From positions 31,132 through 95,131 of the IMG/VR virus record IMGVR_UViG_3300020050_010385: a stretch of DNA of 64,000 nucleotides. One strand, 5' to 3'. This stretch comes from a virus. Taxonomy: Duplodnaviria; Caudoviricetes. Both the position numbers and the translations under genes were made by a program. Shown here piece by piece: positions 28,857 through 37,310 of this stretch. Each line of letters begins with the position of its first letter. Positions within the stretch are counted from its first letter, which is position 1. The notes beneath the pieces were generated by a model. The model ran no database searches, was not told the DNA's origin, and saw only the letters and a program-made list of their open reading frames with translations.

Positions 28857-29586
28857 TCCATTCTCCAGTCTTATAGTTAAGTAAAGGTAGCATACCATTC
28901 TTTACCTGTTTTTCTCCATAGATACCCATTAAGTAGTTTCTATAGTTTGTTAATCTTCTTATAGTAGGTAACTGATATCCACCAAAGTCTTTTTCTAAGT
29001 CTAAGCTGGTCCCTACATTTTCACCAAAGATTGTTTTGTAGCTTCTCATAGTTACCATAGAGAAAAATATTACAGTACAATTAAAGACTACCTTTACCTT
29101 CTCTAGCTTCAATTGATTTAACATGTAAGAGATTAATCTTAGGTCAGCTAAGAATTTCTTGGGTACTTCAGCTATCTTACTGGTTACTACTACGGTTATT
29201 TGTTTATTAGCTTTAAAAATATGGAAAGAAGATAAGCACCCTCCCTTACCACTGGGCTTCATTTTAAAGTTCATACCAATAGCGAAATACCTAGTATTTT
29301 TAATCTCCTCAAACTTTTCCCTTAATTCTCTCCACTGTTCTTGGTCAATATAAGTATTAACTAACCTAGTCATTTTATTACTTACTGTCCTCTCATAGCC
29401 CACAGTATGAAATAGTGCCATACCAGTCCATGATTTTTCCCAGCTCTTTATGACCATACGATTATTTAAAGAGATAATTCTTGTTCCCAGATCACAATCT
29501 ATAATCCCACTTTGGTCATTATTTAAAGCCATATCACCTAATTTTATCCATAAATGAGTTGGATTCTCTACAGTAATATCGATCAT
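28807..29586 (-). CDS. Divergent thymidylate-synthase-fold paralog
   Basis: GGCL...H, then ..EV.KKF.ADL aligning loosely with the PC...RS.D....PxD region; translationally coupled to the TS homolog. Confidence 0.45.
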   Translation of the reverse strand: MIDITVENPTHLWIKLGDMALNNDQSGIIDCDLGTRIISLNNRMVIKSWEKSWTGMALFHTVGYERTVSNKMTRLVNTYIDQEQWRELREKFEEIKNTRYFAIGMNFKMKPSGKGGCLSSFHIFKANKQITVVVTSKIAEVPKKFLADLRLISYMLNQLKLEKVKVVFNCTVIFFSMVTMRSYKTIFGENVGTSLDLEKDFGGYQLPTIRRLTNYRNYLMGIYGEKQVKNGMLPLLNYKTGEWNDLQKNRSNKVLHKDS

Positions 29587-30293
29587 TAAAACACCTTTTT
29601 CTTGTTCCAGTCTTTACGATAAGCATGTAAAGATCCAATAAATTGTGTAAATCTACCAGGCTCAATATCTAAATAATCTGCTAGTGCTCTTTGGAAACCC
29701 ATTGTTAGGGCTATATCATAGGGGAAATGAGTATAGAAATCACATGAGCGCATGGTATAAATACAATCTAGGTACTCTACATTATCACGAACTCTTCTTA
29801 AAAATTGGTAGTACATACTGCACGGTATTCTAGCTTTACCACCAATATTAGCTAAGTCTTTGTCCTTGTCATATAAAGTAATAATAGCCTGTCTAGTATT
29901 AGGATTTTTAATTAAGTTTTCAAGGATAGGAGTAAGTTGTTCACGAATTCTTTCATTGTAGGTATAAGAAAACTTACCGTCATGTAGGAATTGTTGCCAT
30001 ACCTCTAATCTATTTAGATAAGCCTCTCCTGGATTAAGGTAGGTACTTGAAATACGGGCATCTACTTCTTCATCGATATAGGCTCTATTTAACCCTAGCT
30101 CTTTAATATCTTGCCAGATAAATTTTTGGCTAGTAATCATAAAAGAATAACCCTGAATTTCTTTAGTAATGAAGTCATCATTATCTTTTACATTTTTATC
30201 CTGCATAGTTTCTGGGTGTACTAAAGTTCCCATTTCATTTAGATCTCTTTCCACTTCATTTACTGCTTGTGCTAATCCTTCATAGATACGCAT
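29586..30293 (-). CDS. Thymidylate-synthase-family enzyme, predicted dCMP (hydroxy)methylase
   Basis: YTY.ER, TRQA, RIPCS (catalytic Cys), MRSCDF..HFPYD (Asp at the specificity position), GSLHAY. Confidence 0.85.
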   Translation of the reverse strand: MRIYEGLAQAVNEVERDLNEMGTLVHPETMQDKNVKDNDDFITKEIQGYSFMITSQKFIWQDIKELGLNRAYIDEEVDARISSTYLNPGEAYLNRLEVWQQFLHDGKFSYTYNERIREQLTPILENLIKNPNTRQAIITLYDKDKDLANIGGKARIPCSMYYQFLRRVRDNVEYLDCIYTMRSCDFYTHFPYDIALTMGFQRALADYLDIEPGRFTQFIGSLHAYRKDWNKKKVF

Positions 30294-31117
30294 TTTTTAT
30301 TTCCTCCTATTATTTTACGAAGTTCACGAGCTGGAATATCATCTGGATCTTTATAATTATCTAAGAAGATATACTTAGTAGGTATATGAAAACTTAGTTG
30401 CTTAATTAATTCCCATTGCTCCTTAACAGCATCTCGATCGAGCATAATGGTGGCACTATTAGCTACTTTAGCTATCTCCTGGAGTTGAGCAGCATCTGCT
30501 CTCTTCCCTAGTAATGAAATAGCTGGCTTTACTCGACCAATTTTTATTGCATCGAATACTCCCTCTACTACAATAGCATGGTCTACTCTTCCAGCAAAAG
30601 TAGTGAATAATACTCCTTTCTTTGAGAAACTAATTGAATTAAAGTATCTGGGTTCCTTATTAGTAAATGATCTACCAACAAAATAAATTAATTTACTCAA
30701 TCGATAAATTGGCAAAATTATTCTTTCTGAGTAGTCTCCATCACTGCAATACCCCATATTGTACTGAGCAACCTCATCTGGATTAATTCCTCTATTAATG
30801 AGGTAGTTATAGGGAAGGCCACTATTAGAATTAAGCTTGTTAAAATGTTCTGGTAATTTCATTATCTTTCTTTCTTTAATTTCCCTTGATTCTTTTGTTA
30901 AAAACTTATTAGCTCTATCTTGAAAGTTGTCTAGGGTAGGGCCTAAGTCTTCTACCTTTCCCTTAAAGGCACATTTTTGACAATAGAATAGTTTTTTACC
31001 GAGGTGGACATATAAGTGATATTTCTGGTCATCGCAATTAGTACAGCAGAATCTTACCTGCCTGGGATTATTAGTTCTTTTAGATTCTCCTAATGATAGA
31101 AGATTAATTCTTACCAC
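30272..31117 (-). CDS. DNA primase (Zn-finger plus TOPRIM)
   Basis: C..C...H...C..C; YL..RG; RIILP; GRS; VEGVFDA; LD.DA; KDPDD. Confidence 0.9.
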   Translation of the reverse strand: MVRINLLSLGESKRTNNPRQVRFCCTNCDDQKYHLYVHLGKKLFYCQKCAFKGKVEDLGPTLDNFQDRANKFLTKESREIKERKIMKLPEHFNKLNSNSGLPYNYLINRGINPDEVAQYNMGYCSDGDYSERIILPIYRLSKLIYFVGRSFTNKEPRYFNSISFSKKGVLFTTFAGRVDHAIVVEGVFDAIKIGRVKPAISLLGKRADAAQLQEIAKVANSATIMLDRDAVKEQWELIKQLSFHIPTKYIFLDNYKDPDDIPARELRKIIGGNKKCVSMKD

Positions 31118-32375
31118 TTTTATATTCTCCCATAAACATAGTCTCTGGCTCTAATGCTAAACGTATTGTTGGATGCCCAGACTTCTTTCTAGACTTAGCA
31201 ATAAATAGTCTTACTAACTTTTCTTCTTCCTCTTCTGGTGTTTGACAAATACCAATAACTACATCAGCTACCTTTACTTTACCAAAAGACTCAGCTACGT
31301 CCCTGAGGCCAACCAGGTTCCTATTTAAGCTTTCTCTATTACTTTGACTTGCCGTATAAATTGGTACTTGTAGCTTTACAGCTAATCTCCTTAGGTCAGT
31401 ATATACTTCTTCTAAGCTATGGCGGGTATCTTTGTGCTTTTGCCCAGGAGCTAATAAATCACCATAGTCAACCACTATAATATCAAACTGCTCATTATTC
31501 CGACTTTGATAATTAAGGACCATTGAGTAAATATCTTGTACTCTAGGTGATTCCATTGAGTAGTCTTTAATAACTAGGTTGCATCCTTTAGCCTTTAGTC
31601 TACTAAGTGGGTTCTTAATGGCTCCGGGATTATCTCTGAGACTCTGGAAAGTATTTTTAGTTATCCTCATATCATATCTACGAGCTATTTTCCGATCGGA
31701 TATTTCTAGAGTTAAGTGTAGTACCTTTAGTCCCTGCATTAAAGCTCCCATACCCATATTGATTAAAGCGGTAGTCTTACCTCTACCAGGAGGGCCTAGA
31801 AATACCAGTAATTCTCCTGGACTCATTCCTCCATCTAGTTCAAGATCTAGCCTTTTAATTCCAGTGGAAATCTTCTTTTCTTTTACCTCATCTATCATCC
31901 TTTGTCCTGGATCTTCAAAATATGAATAAGTATCAGAGGCTACTCCTACGTCTAAGTTCATGGCCTTATCAATATATTCTTTTACCGTTAGGAAATCAGG
32001 ATTGCTGTGGTCCAATAAAGCTAAGGCCTCTGTTATAGCTAATTTAACTAATTGAATCTTAGCAAAATGACTAATAGTTTCTTGAATGATTTTATTATCT
32101 GTACTATTTTGCCTTCTAATTAAACTAACTATCGATAGGCAACTTTCTCTTAAGTCTTCATCCTTAATATTCTTATTAATTAGAAGCCTCATATTTCCTG
32201 TGCTTAGCTTATATGAATCATACTTTTGAAAGAAGCCTTCAATAATCTGGAATAATTGCTTTGTCTCTTCACTAGCAAAGAAGGCTGGCTGTAGGATAGA
32301 CTTATACTTGAACCAATTTTCTTTTACTCTTATGGTACTTAGAATGCGGATTTCAGTTTGCTTGGTTGCTTCCAT
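31104..32375 (-). CDS. DnaB-like (SF4) replicative helicase
   Basis: TGI..LD..L.GG, GPPGRGKT, TLE, IVVDYGDL, TASQSNR, AESFGK..VAD, KSR. Confidence 0.93.
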   Translation of the reverse strand: MEATKQTEIRILSTIRVKENWFKYKSILQPAFFASEETKQLFQIIEGFFQKYDSYKLSTGNMRLLINKNIKDEDLRESCLSIVSLIRRQNSTDNKIIQETISHFAKIQLVKLAITEALALLDHSNPDFLTVKEYIDKAMNLDVGVASDTYSYFEDPGQRMIDEVKEKKISTGIKRLDLELDGGMSPGELLVFLGPPGRGKTTALINMGMGALMQGLKVLHLTLEISDRKIARRYDMRITKNTFQSLRDNPGAIKNPLSRLKAKGCNLVIKDYSMESPRVQDIYSMVLNYQSRNNEQFDIIVVDYGDLLAPGQKHKDTRHSLEEVYTDLRRLAVKLQVPIYTASQSNRESLNRNLVGLRDVAESFGKVKVADVVIGICQTPEEEEEKLVRLFIAKSRKKSGHPTIRLALEPETMFMGEYKSGKN

Positions 32376-32622
32376 AACTAAAATGCTCCTTTTCTGCATG
32401 AATCAAATACTTTATCAGGCACCGTAACTCTTTTTGATTAAAGCTCAGCCCATTGCTGGTAAACATAAAACCTTTTGAATTATGAGTACATTCTCTTAAG
32501 TCTAAAACTAGATTGTAGTTTCTAATTAGCACTCTAATCCTATATTTGATTATCTTCTCAGAATCATTCCTTTTTATGATTGAAGGATATTCAGTAATTT
32601 TCTCTTCTTGGAATTTGCCCAT
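32353..32622 (-). CDS. PC4-like ssDNA-binding protein
   Basis: IRV......LDLRE......FT.NGLSF. Confidence 0.5.
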   Translation of the reverse strand: MGKFQEEKITEYPSIIKRNDSEKIIKYRIRVLIRNYNLVLDLRECTHNSKGFMFTSNGLSFNQKELRCLIKYLIHAEKEHFSYGSNQAN

Positions 32623-32903
32623 GGTGAGGACTACCTTTTTAAAATATTTTTTCTATAGTTGATATAAATGGCTAGTAGTTCTTTTTTTGAGTATTTAGCC
32701 CATGAGATAACTTTATTGCTTTTGTCTATTGAGTAGTGATTTGATAGCCACTCAACTAGTTGATACTTAAATGAAGGAATCCAAAAATCTATTTTTAAAT
32801 TGTACATCGGTATTTTACCTGATTAAACTATTAAGAGAATCTTTCCTTAAATAGGGATTTGAACCCTTATCTCCGAAGTAATAATAATAAGATACCTATT
32901 GGA

Positions 32904-33188
32904 TTAAATGCCATCCTCATCAGAATCATCATCATCGTCATCTTCAGCTTTAGCCTTCTTTGAAGAAACCTTCTTAGAAACTTTAGAAGACTTGACTGCA
33001 TCTTTTTTAGCTACTGGTTTTTCTTTAGCCTTGGTAGTTTCTTTTGCTTCTTTCTTTTTACCATCACCGCGTAATGAATAACCTTCAGCTCGTAACTGGC
33101 GGCGAATATTAGCAGCTTCTTTACTAGCACGATCTGAGATTTTTTCTAATTTCTTTAAGAGTTCTTCAACTTTTTTATTTGTAGCCAT
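32904..33188 (-). CDS. Lys-rich small protein with acidic tail (possible DNA-binding)
   Basis: Composition; AAGGAG RBS. Confidence 0.65.
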   Translation of the reverse strand: MATNKKVEELLKKLEKISDRASKEAANIRRQLRAEGYSLRGDGKKKEAKETTKAKEKPVAKKDAVKSSKVSKKVSSKKAKAEDDDDDDSDEDGI

Positions 33189-33192
33189 TTTC

Positions 33193-33633
33193 TTATTCTC
33201 CTTTATTTCGTTTATAATCTAATTTTCTTAATTGCATCCTTATTTTTCTTGCTTTAGTTTTATCACCGCATTTGAAAGCTTCCTCCTTTTCTTTTAGTAG
33301 TTTTTTTACTTCATCAGTAACATTTACTCCTAGTTGAATAGCCTTCTTAAGTGATGTTACTTTTTCTTTACCGTGAGTGGGTATTTGACTGTAGATTTCT
33401 ATTTCTTCTTGTAGATCTTTTTTATTCTTATAGGATTGTTCATCTGGACTACGTTCTGGTATTTCATTTAAGTGCCTAATATGTGGCCTCTTATCTAATG
33501 GCATTCTTTTAATATCTTCTAGGGTTTGAATACTTTCCATGATTGCGAATAACTTACCATCTACTAATACGAAGGTAGGTCTACCGTCTTTATGAAAGCT
33601 TCTTGTTGTTTTTCTTTCGATTCTTTTTTCCAT
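33193..33633 (-). CDS. Hypothetical protein
   Basis: ORF; shares an A..IR.QLR...Y motif with 32904..33188. Confidence 0.6.
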   Translation of the reverse strand: MEKRIERKTTRSFHKDGRPTFVLVDGKLFAIMESIQTLEDIKRMPLDKRPHIRHLNEIPERSPDEQSYKNKKDLQEEIEIYSQIPTHGKEKVTSLKKAIQLGVNVTDEVKKLLKEKEEAFKCGDKTKARKIRMQLRKLDYKRNKGE

Positions 33634-34042
33634 GAGATACCTTTTTCTTTTCTTTATAGAAAATATGATCTTTTATTTTATAGGTTTCTACCATGGCCTT
33701 AGCCCAGTAGGGTTCTCCGAAGGAAGTAATATTTTCCCAGTGGGTTGCTCCTTTTGTTGGGTCCTCTTTTAGGGAATTCTTTACTGCCTTTTTTGCTAAG
33801 TCCCATACCCACTTAGGTTCTCTATTAGGTAAAGAACTTGTAAATCCATATACTCCTTTTAAAGTTCCTCTATTTCTTATTGCACAGGCTACAGCTAACA
33901 TTCCATTGTAGCCTTGATTACTAGCTTCTCCTACAATGGCCCTAGCTAAGTCTTCATCACTAATTTGATTAGCCTTTACTTCTTTATCTGAGAAAATAAA
34001 GGTCAACATGGAAATAATAATTATGGTTCTTAGTGAATTCAT
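33590..34042 (-). CDS. Cell-wall hydrolase (SleB/Hydrolase_2-like) with N-terminal signal
   Basis: LARAIVGEA..Q...GMLAVA..IRNR; DPTKGATH; I.DHIFY. Confidence 0.85.
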   Translation of the reverse strand: MNSLRTIIIISMLTFIFSDKEVKANQISDEDLARAIVGEASNQGYNGMLAVACAIRNRGTLKGVYGFTSSLPNREPKWVWDLAKKAVKNSLKEDPTKGATHWENITSFGEPYWAKAMVETYKIKDHIFYKEKKKVSHGKKNRKKNNKKLS

Positions 34043-34043
34043 T

Positions 34044-34346
34044 TTAGTAGATTAGATATTCTTTAGCAATTACTTTTTCTAAGTATTCACCATACTTCAT
34101 AAAATTGTAGTGGCCTAATGCTTTTTCTTTACGGCAATAACTTAACCATAATTTGTAAGTTTGATCTATAGTAAGATAAGGTGGATTATGTAAAGAACCC
34201 TGCCCCCGTGTGTCTCGATTGTTTCCAACCGAGCTTTCTTGCTTTAGGAGCGGATAACTCTTTTGGCTGGGGGCTAGGGTTCGTAATATATTTAAAATTG
34301 ATTTTAGGGTATTACTTAATTTTGAACTGTTAATTACCATTTCCAT
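34044..34346 (-). CDS. Hypothetical protein
   Basis: GGAGCGGATAATG start context downstream of a predicted promoter. Confidence 0.55.
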   Translation of the reverse strand: MEMVINSSKLSNTLKSILNILRTLAPSQKSYPLLKQESSVGNNRDTRGQGSLHNPPYLTIDQTYKLWLSYCRKEKALGHYNFMKYGEYLEKVIAKEYLIY

Positions 34347-34384
34347 TATCCGCTCCGTTTGAAGAATGTTTAAGTTACTTAGCT

Positions 34385-34415
34385 ATAATACCATACTTTA
34401 AAATCTTCGCAAGGA
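34385..34415 (-). promoter_or_regulatory. Predicted sigma70-type early promoter
   Basis: TTGCGA-16 nt-TATTAT with TGn extension; matches the promoter at 37125-37158. Confidence 0.55.
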
Positions 34416-34868
34416 CTATTTTAAAATATTTTTCTCCCAAGATTCTACCTCCTTTATTTCTTTAATAGTAAATAGTGGATGCATTTCAATATTTCTATAG
34501 CCCTTAGTTAAGATGGATTTTACTAAGTGCATTCTTTCTCGGTCATTGCGATAAACTAGTTTCTTATAAATCCATTGCATTTCAAAAATAAGTTGTCCAG
34601 CTGATACTGGAATACAATCTACTTTTCTTGGTGGATCTATTTCTTTAAAATTATATCCTCTTTCAATTGATTCATTTTTTAATCCTTGAAGATAAGAAAG
34701 AATAGCGGCTTTTGGATCTGGGTGTGCTTTAAATCTTATTAGCTGAGAATGATTCTTATAACCAATAGTTTCATTTCTCAGAACAGCCTGGGCTAAAAGT
34801 GATTCTCTCCAACATGCTACTAAACCTTTTGAATCTAAATACTTGGGATGAATACTCCATAGTCTCAT
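34416..34868 (-). CDS. denV: Pyrimidine-dimer DNA glycosylase (T4 endonuclease V family)
   Basis: MRLWSIHPKYLD.KGLVA.WRE.LLAQ.VL...T.GY.NH.QL.RF; AAGGAG RBS before ATG 34868. Confidence 0.88.
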   Translation of the reverse strand: MRLWSIHPKYLDSKGLVACWRESLLAQAVLRNETIGYKNHSQLIRFKAHPDPKAAILSYLQGLKNESIERGYNFKEIDPPRKVDCIPVSAGQLIFEMQWIYKKLVYRNDRERMHLVKSILTKGYRNIEMHPLFTIKEIKEVESWEKNILK

Positions 34869-34881
34869 TTCTATATTCTCC

Positions 34882-35136
34882 TTATCCATTGAATCCCTTT
34901 TCTGGAGCTTGTAAAGGCTCATTAGTTGGTACATCTACTATTTTAACTAAATCTTTTTCTTTGTAAAGGGAACATTTAGCTGGAAGTAAATTAGGATCTC
35001 TATGTAAAGAGAACTTACCTACTCCGCAAAGATATGTGCTCTTCTCTTCCTTCTGATTGAGATTAGTGAATCCTTTGTTAAGAATTAAATATCTGCATTT
35101 TGCTTGACTGAGACAAATACCAATTTCAGCTTTCAT
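34882..35136 (-). CDS. Cys-containing hypothetical protein
   Basis: ORF with AAGGAG RBS. Confidence 0.55.
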   Translation of the reverse strand: MKAEIGICLSQAKCRYLILNKGFTNLNQKEEKSTYLCGVGKFSLHRDPNLLPAKCSLYKEKDLVKIVDVPTNEPLQAPEKGFNG

Positions 35137-35153
35137 TTATTGCTCCTTTTGTA

Positions 35154-35364
35154 GGGCTATATAGTATATACGGTATATATAGCATATAGCCTATGTGGCA
35201 TATGGCCTACATAATTGCTATTGCTAATTGCATTTGCTATGGCTATTGCTACAGCAGACAGAATACTTTTACTTTACTTTAATACTTTATCTTTACTGCT
35301 ATTGCTAATGCTAATTGCAATAGCTGCAGCAATAGATAATCTAGTCTATAATATACTATAGCCC
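35154..35364. repeat. Non-coding AT-rich element with TTGCTA/TAGCAA-type repeats and imperfect terminal inverted repeats; origin candidate
   Basis: GGGCTATATAGTATAT ... ATATACTATAGCCC; two clusters of (A)TTGCTA flank a TACTTT-rich core. Confidence 0.55.
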
Positions 35365-35574
35365 AAAGTTTATTCTTTGTGATCTTGTAAGGGTGAGTTT
35401 AGGTACTGTGTATCCAAATCCTTTACAGCCCTTTACTCCTCTCATATTGTTTCTTAGCATAGGGCCTTCTTCTAGTTGCTCTTTAAAAATATTCTCAGTA
35501 TGTCCATGATTAATTGAATCTATTTTATTGGAGTATGATTCGGGGTATAACAGAGCGAGTTGTTCTTCATCCAT
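35356..35574 (-). CDS. Hypothetical protein
   Basis: ORF in early run. Confidence 0.5.
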   Translation of the reverse strand: MDEEQLALLYPESYSNKIDSINHGHTENIFKEQLEEGPMLRNNMRGVKGCKGFGYTVPKLTLTRSQRINFGL

Positions 35575-35576
35575 TT

Positions 35577-35843
35577 CTAATTCCGATCTAGATAGTCTAT
35601 TGCTATCTGTTCTAGTGTTATTCCCATTGTCTCAATTTGATCTTCTAGTCCGTATGTAGCTACCATTTCAGCTGCATCTTTCTTTAGGGCATTAATTCTC
35701 TCTTCTCGGGATATTAAAGAGAAGGCAAAGAATGAGCTTTGGTTATGTTTAGGTCCGTAAAAGTAGAATAAATCTGAGAGACTGACTTGAATCATTCGAT
35801 TATGTATCTTTTCAGGATTTAGCGAGGGATTCACTTTTAGCAT
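35577..35843 (-). CDS. Hypothetical protein
   Basis: ORF in early run. Confidence 0.55.
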   Translation of the reverse strand: MLKVNPSLNPEKIHNRMIQVSLSDLFYFYGPKHNQSSFFAFSLISREERINALKKDAAEMVATYGLEDQIETMGITLEQIAIDYLDRN

Positions 35844-36084
35844 AACTCACTTTCTCATTAATCTTATTTTGGATAGCTTGTTGTACTAATTTTTGAAAGG
35901 CTGATCTCCAACCCATTCCCTTTGGTCTTTTACTTACTGCATTCTTCTTATTACATTTTGCACATAGATATCCAATTACTTTACTTTCTTTTGTTTGGGG
36001 ATTGGTGGATATAATCTCAGCCTGCATCTTGGTTTCTTTGTGGTGGGTATTGCAGCTATAACAAATTAACTTTAATAAAGCCAT
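35812..36084 (-). CDS. Zn-finger hypothetical protein
   Basis: CYSC...CAKC. Confidence 0.55.
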   Translation of the reverse strand: MALLKLICYSCNTHHKETKMQAEIISTNPQTKESKVIGYLCAKCNKKNAVSKRPKGMGWRSAFQKLVQQAIQNKINEKVSYAKSESLAKS

Positions 36085-36230
36085 CTTAGTAGGCCCTTTC
36101 TGTTTTAAGACTCATTATGGTTGAATTAAGTGTATCTAGTTTAGTACTAATGCTACTTATTAAAGAACACATTACTAATAAGATGAAGATGATTATTACT
36201 CTACCCATTCTATTATCCTCCTTTCCTTTA

Positions 36231-36440
36231 TTATAATTCTGCTTTGACTAAACAGCCTTGAACTATTTTAATTAATTCTCTTGCCTCTTTTAATTTATTT
36301 TCTATCATTTGATCATAGAAGTATTTAGCATGAGGATTATCCATTCTTCTTTTAAGGTCTAAATAGAGTTCTGTATTATCCCTTATGAATAAGACTTCAG
36401 CTAATTTATTTGCATCTATGGTTATTATTAGTTTGCTCAT
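36231..36440 (-). CDS. Hypothetical protein
   Basis: ORF in early run. Confidence 0.5.
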   Translation of the reverse strand: MSKLIITIDANKLAEVLFIRDNTELYLDLKRRMDNPHAKYFYDQMIENKLKEARELIKIVQGCLVKAEL

Positions 36441-36552
36441 TTTCTACCCCAGGTCTTTGTTTCATATTCTATTTCTTTATCTTTCTCTACCTCACTTGGT
36501 GGATCTGGAGTGAAGACTAATAAGATAAGATTATAAATAAAATTAAAGAACT

Positions 36553-36816
36553 TCATTTAAGTATTCCTTCTAATGAGTTAACGGCTACCTGGTTTTTTAA
36601 TGCTTGTATTTTAGCTAAGCAATGATTCATTGATCCTATCATAACTATTTGAGAATAGTCAGAGTCTGAATAACCATTTCCTAACCTAGTGATCATGTAA
36701 GAAGTTTTGGCAAAGACGCTTGGTTGAATTACATACCATACTTTTTCGGTGGGATGGAAATATCTAAGTTCTTTAGATTCTCGAAGATAAGCTGTTTTCA
36801 TTTTAATTTCCTCCAT
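36553..36816 (-). CDS. Hypothetical early protein (likely start MKTAY)
   Basis: GGAGG RBS upstream of the second Met. Confidence 0.55.
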   Translation of the reverse strand: MEEIKMKTAYLRESKELRYFHPTEKVWYVIQPSVFAKTSYMITRLGNGYSDSDYSQIVMIGSMNHCLAKIQALKNQVAVNSLEGILK

Positions 36817-36959
36817 TGGTTAGAAAATTGCATGTTAAGATTTTGAAATCCAATCCTGATAAATAAATTCCGAAGAAATAAAAATGTAATATCAATACCC
36901 AGGTTTTTTCAAATTCAGAGCCTTTTTCTCCAAAGGCAAAAGTTAAAAATTTATTCATT

Positions 36960-37097
36960 TTATTCTCCTCCATAAAGAATGGTTAATGAGTGCCAATATC
37001 CATAGCTACCATATTGGACTTTGTTATACATGATGTCGAGTCTAGCTTGGGCTTTTTCTAATTTCTCTTGAAGTATTGTTTTGTATGGGTGGTCCAT
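36960..37097 (-). CDS. First leftward early ORF (45 aa; not in ORF track)
   Basis: AAGGAGCGGATAATG start; MDHPYKTILQEKLEK... Confidence 0.5.
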   Translation of the reverse strand: MDHPYKTILQEKLEKAQARLDIMYNKVQYGSYGYWHSLTILYGGE

Positions 37098-37124
37098 TAT
37101 CCGCTCCTTCCTTTATTTACACTC

Positions 37125-37158
37125 TAAATATACCACATCAAGTTGAGCTTCGCAAGGA
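37125..37158 (-). promoter_or_regulatory. Predicted sigma70-type leftward early promoter
   Basis: TTGCGA-17 nt-TATATT with TGn extension. Confidence 0.6.
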
Positions 37159-37234
37159 TAATTCTAAAATATATTCATGTAAAGTTCCGGTACGCTCTAC
37201 ACTTACAAGAGGCATTATTTATTTTAAAATAGTT

Positions 37235-37266
37235 ATTTACATGGCCGGAACTAGTGGTGGTATATT
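37235..37266 (+). promoter_or_regulatory. Predicted rightward promoter for the packaging/structural arm
   Basis: Extended -10 GTGGTATATT, the same as the leftward promoter, upstream of terS. Confidence 0.45.
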
Positions 37267-37310
37267 GTAAGTGTAATCAAACACACCATTTACAAGAAAT
37301 TTTAAAGGCA

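Noticed and set aside
32840-32910. Complete tRNA gene
   Set aside because: Only a T-arm-like hairpin; no acceptor stem, D-arm or anticodon arm could be built.
35154-35364. CRISPR array
   Set aside because: Repeats are 5-7 nt and irregular, with no constant repeat-spacer period. The Cas4-like gene is a typical stand-alone phage nuclease.
18338-37097. Tandem prophages with a lysogeny module
   Set aside because: No integrase, repressor, att site or host genes recognisable in the window; cannot be excluded outside it.
37076-37310. Plus-strand ORF 37076..37270 and the GTG-extended terS start at 37254
   Set aside because: They overlap the divergent promoter region; ATG 37311 fits the terS domain start better.
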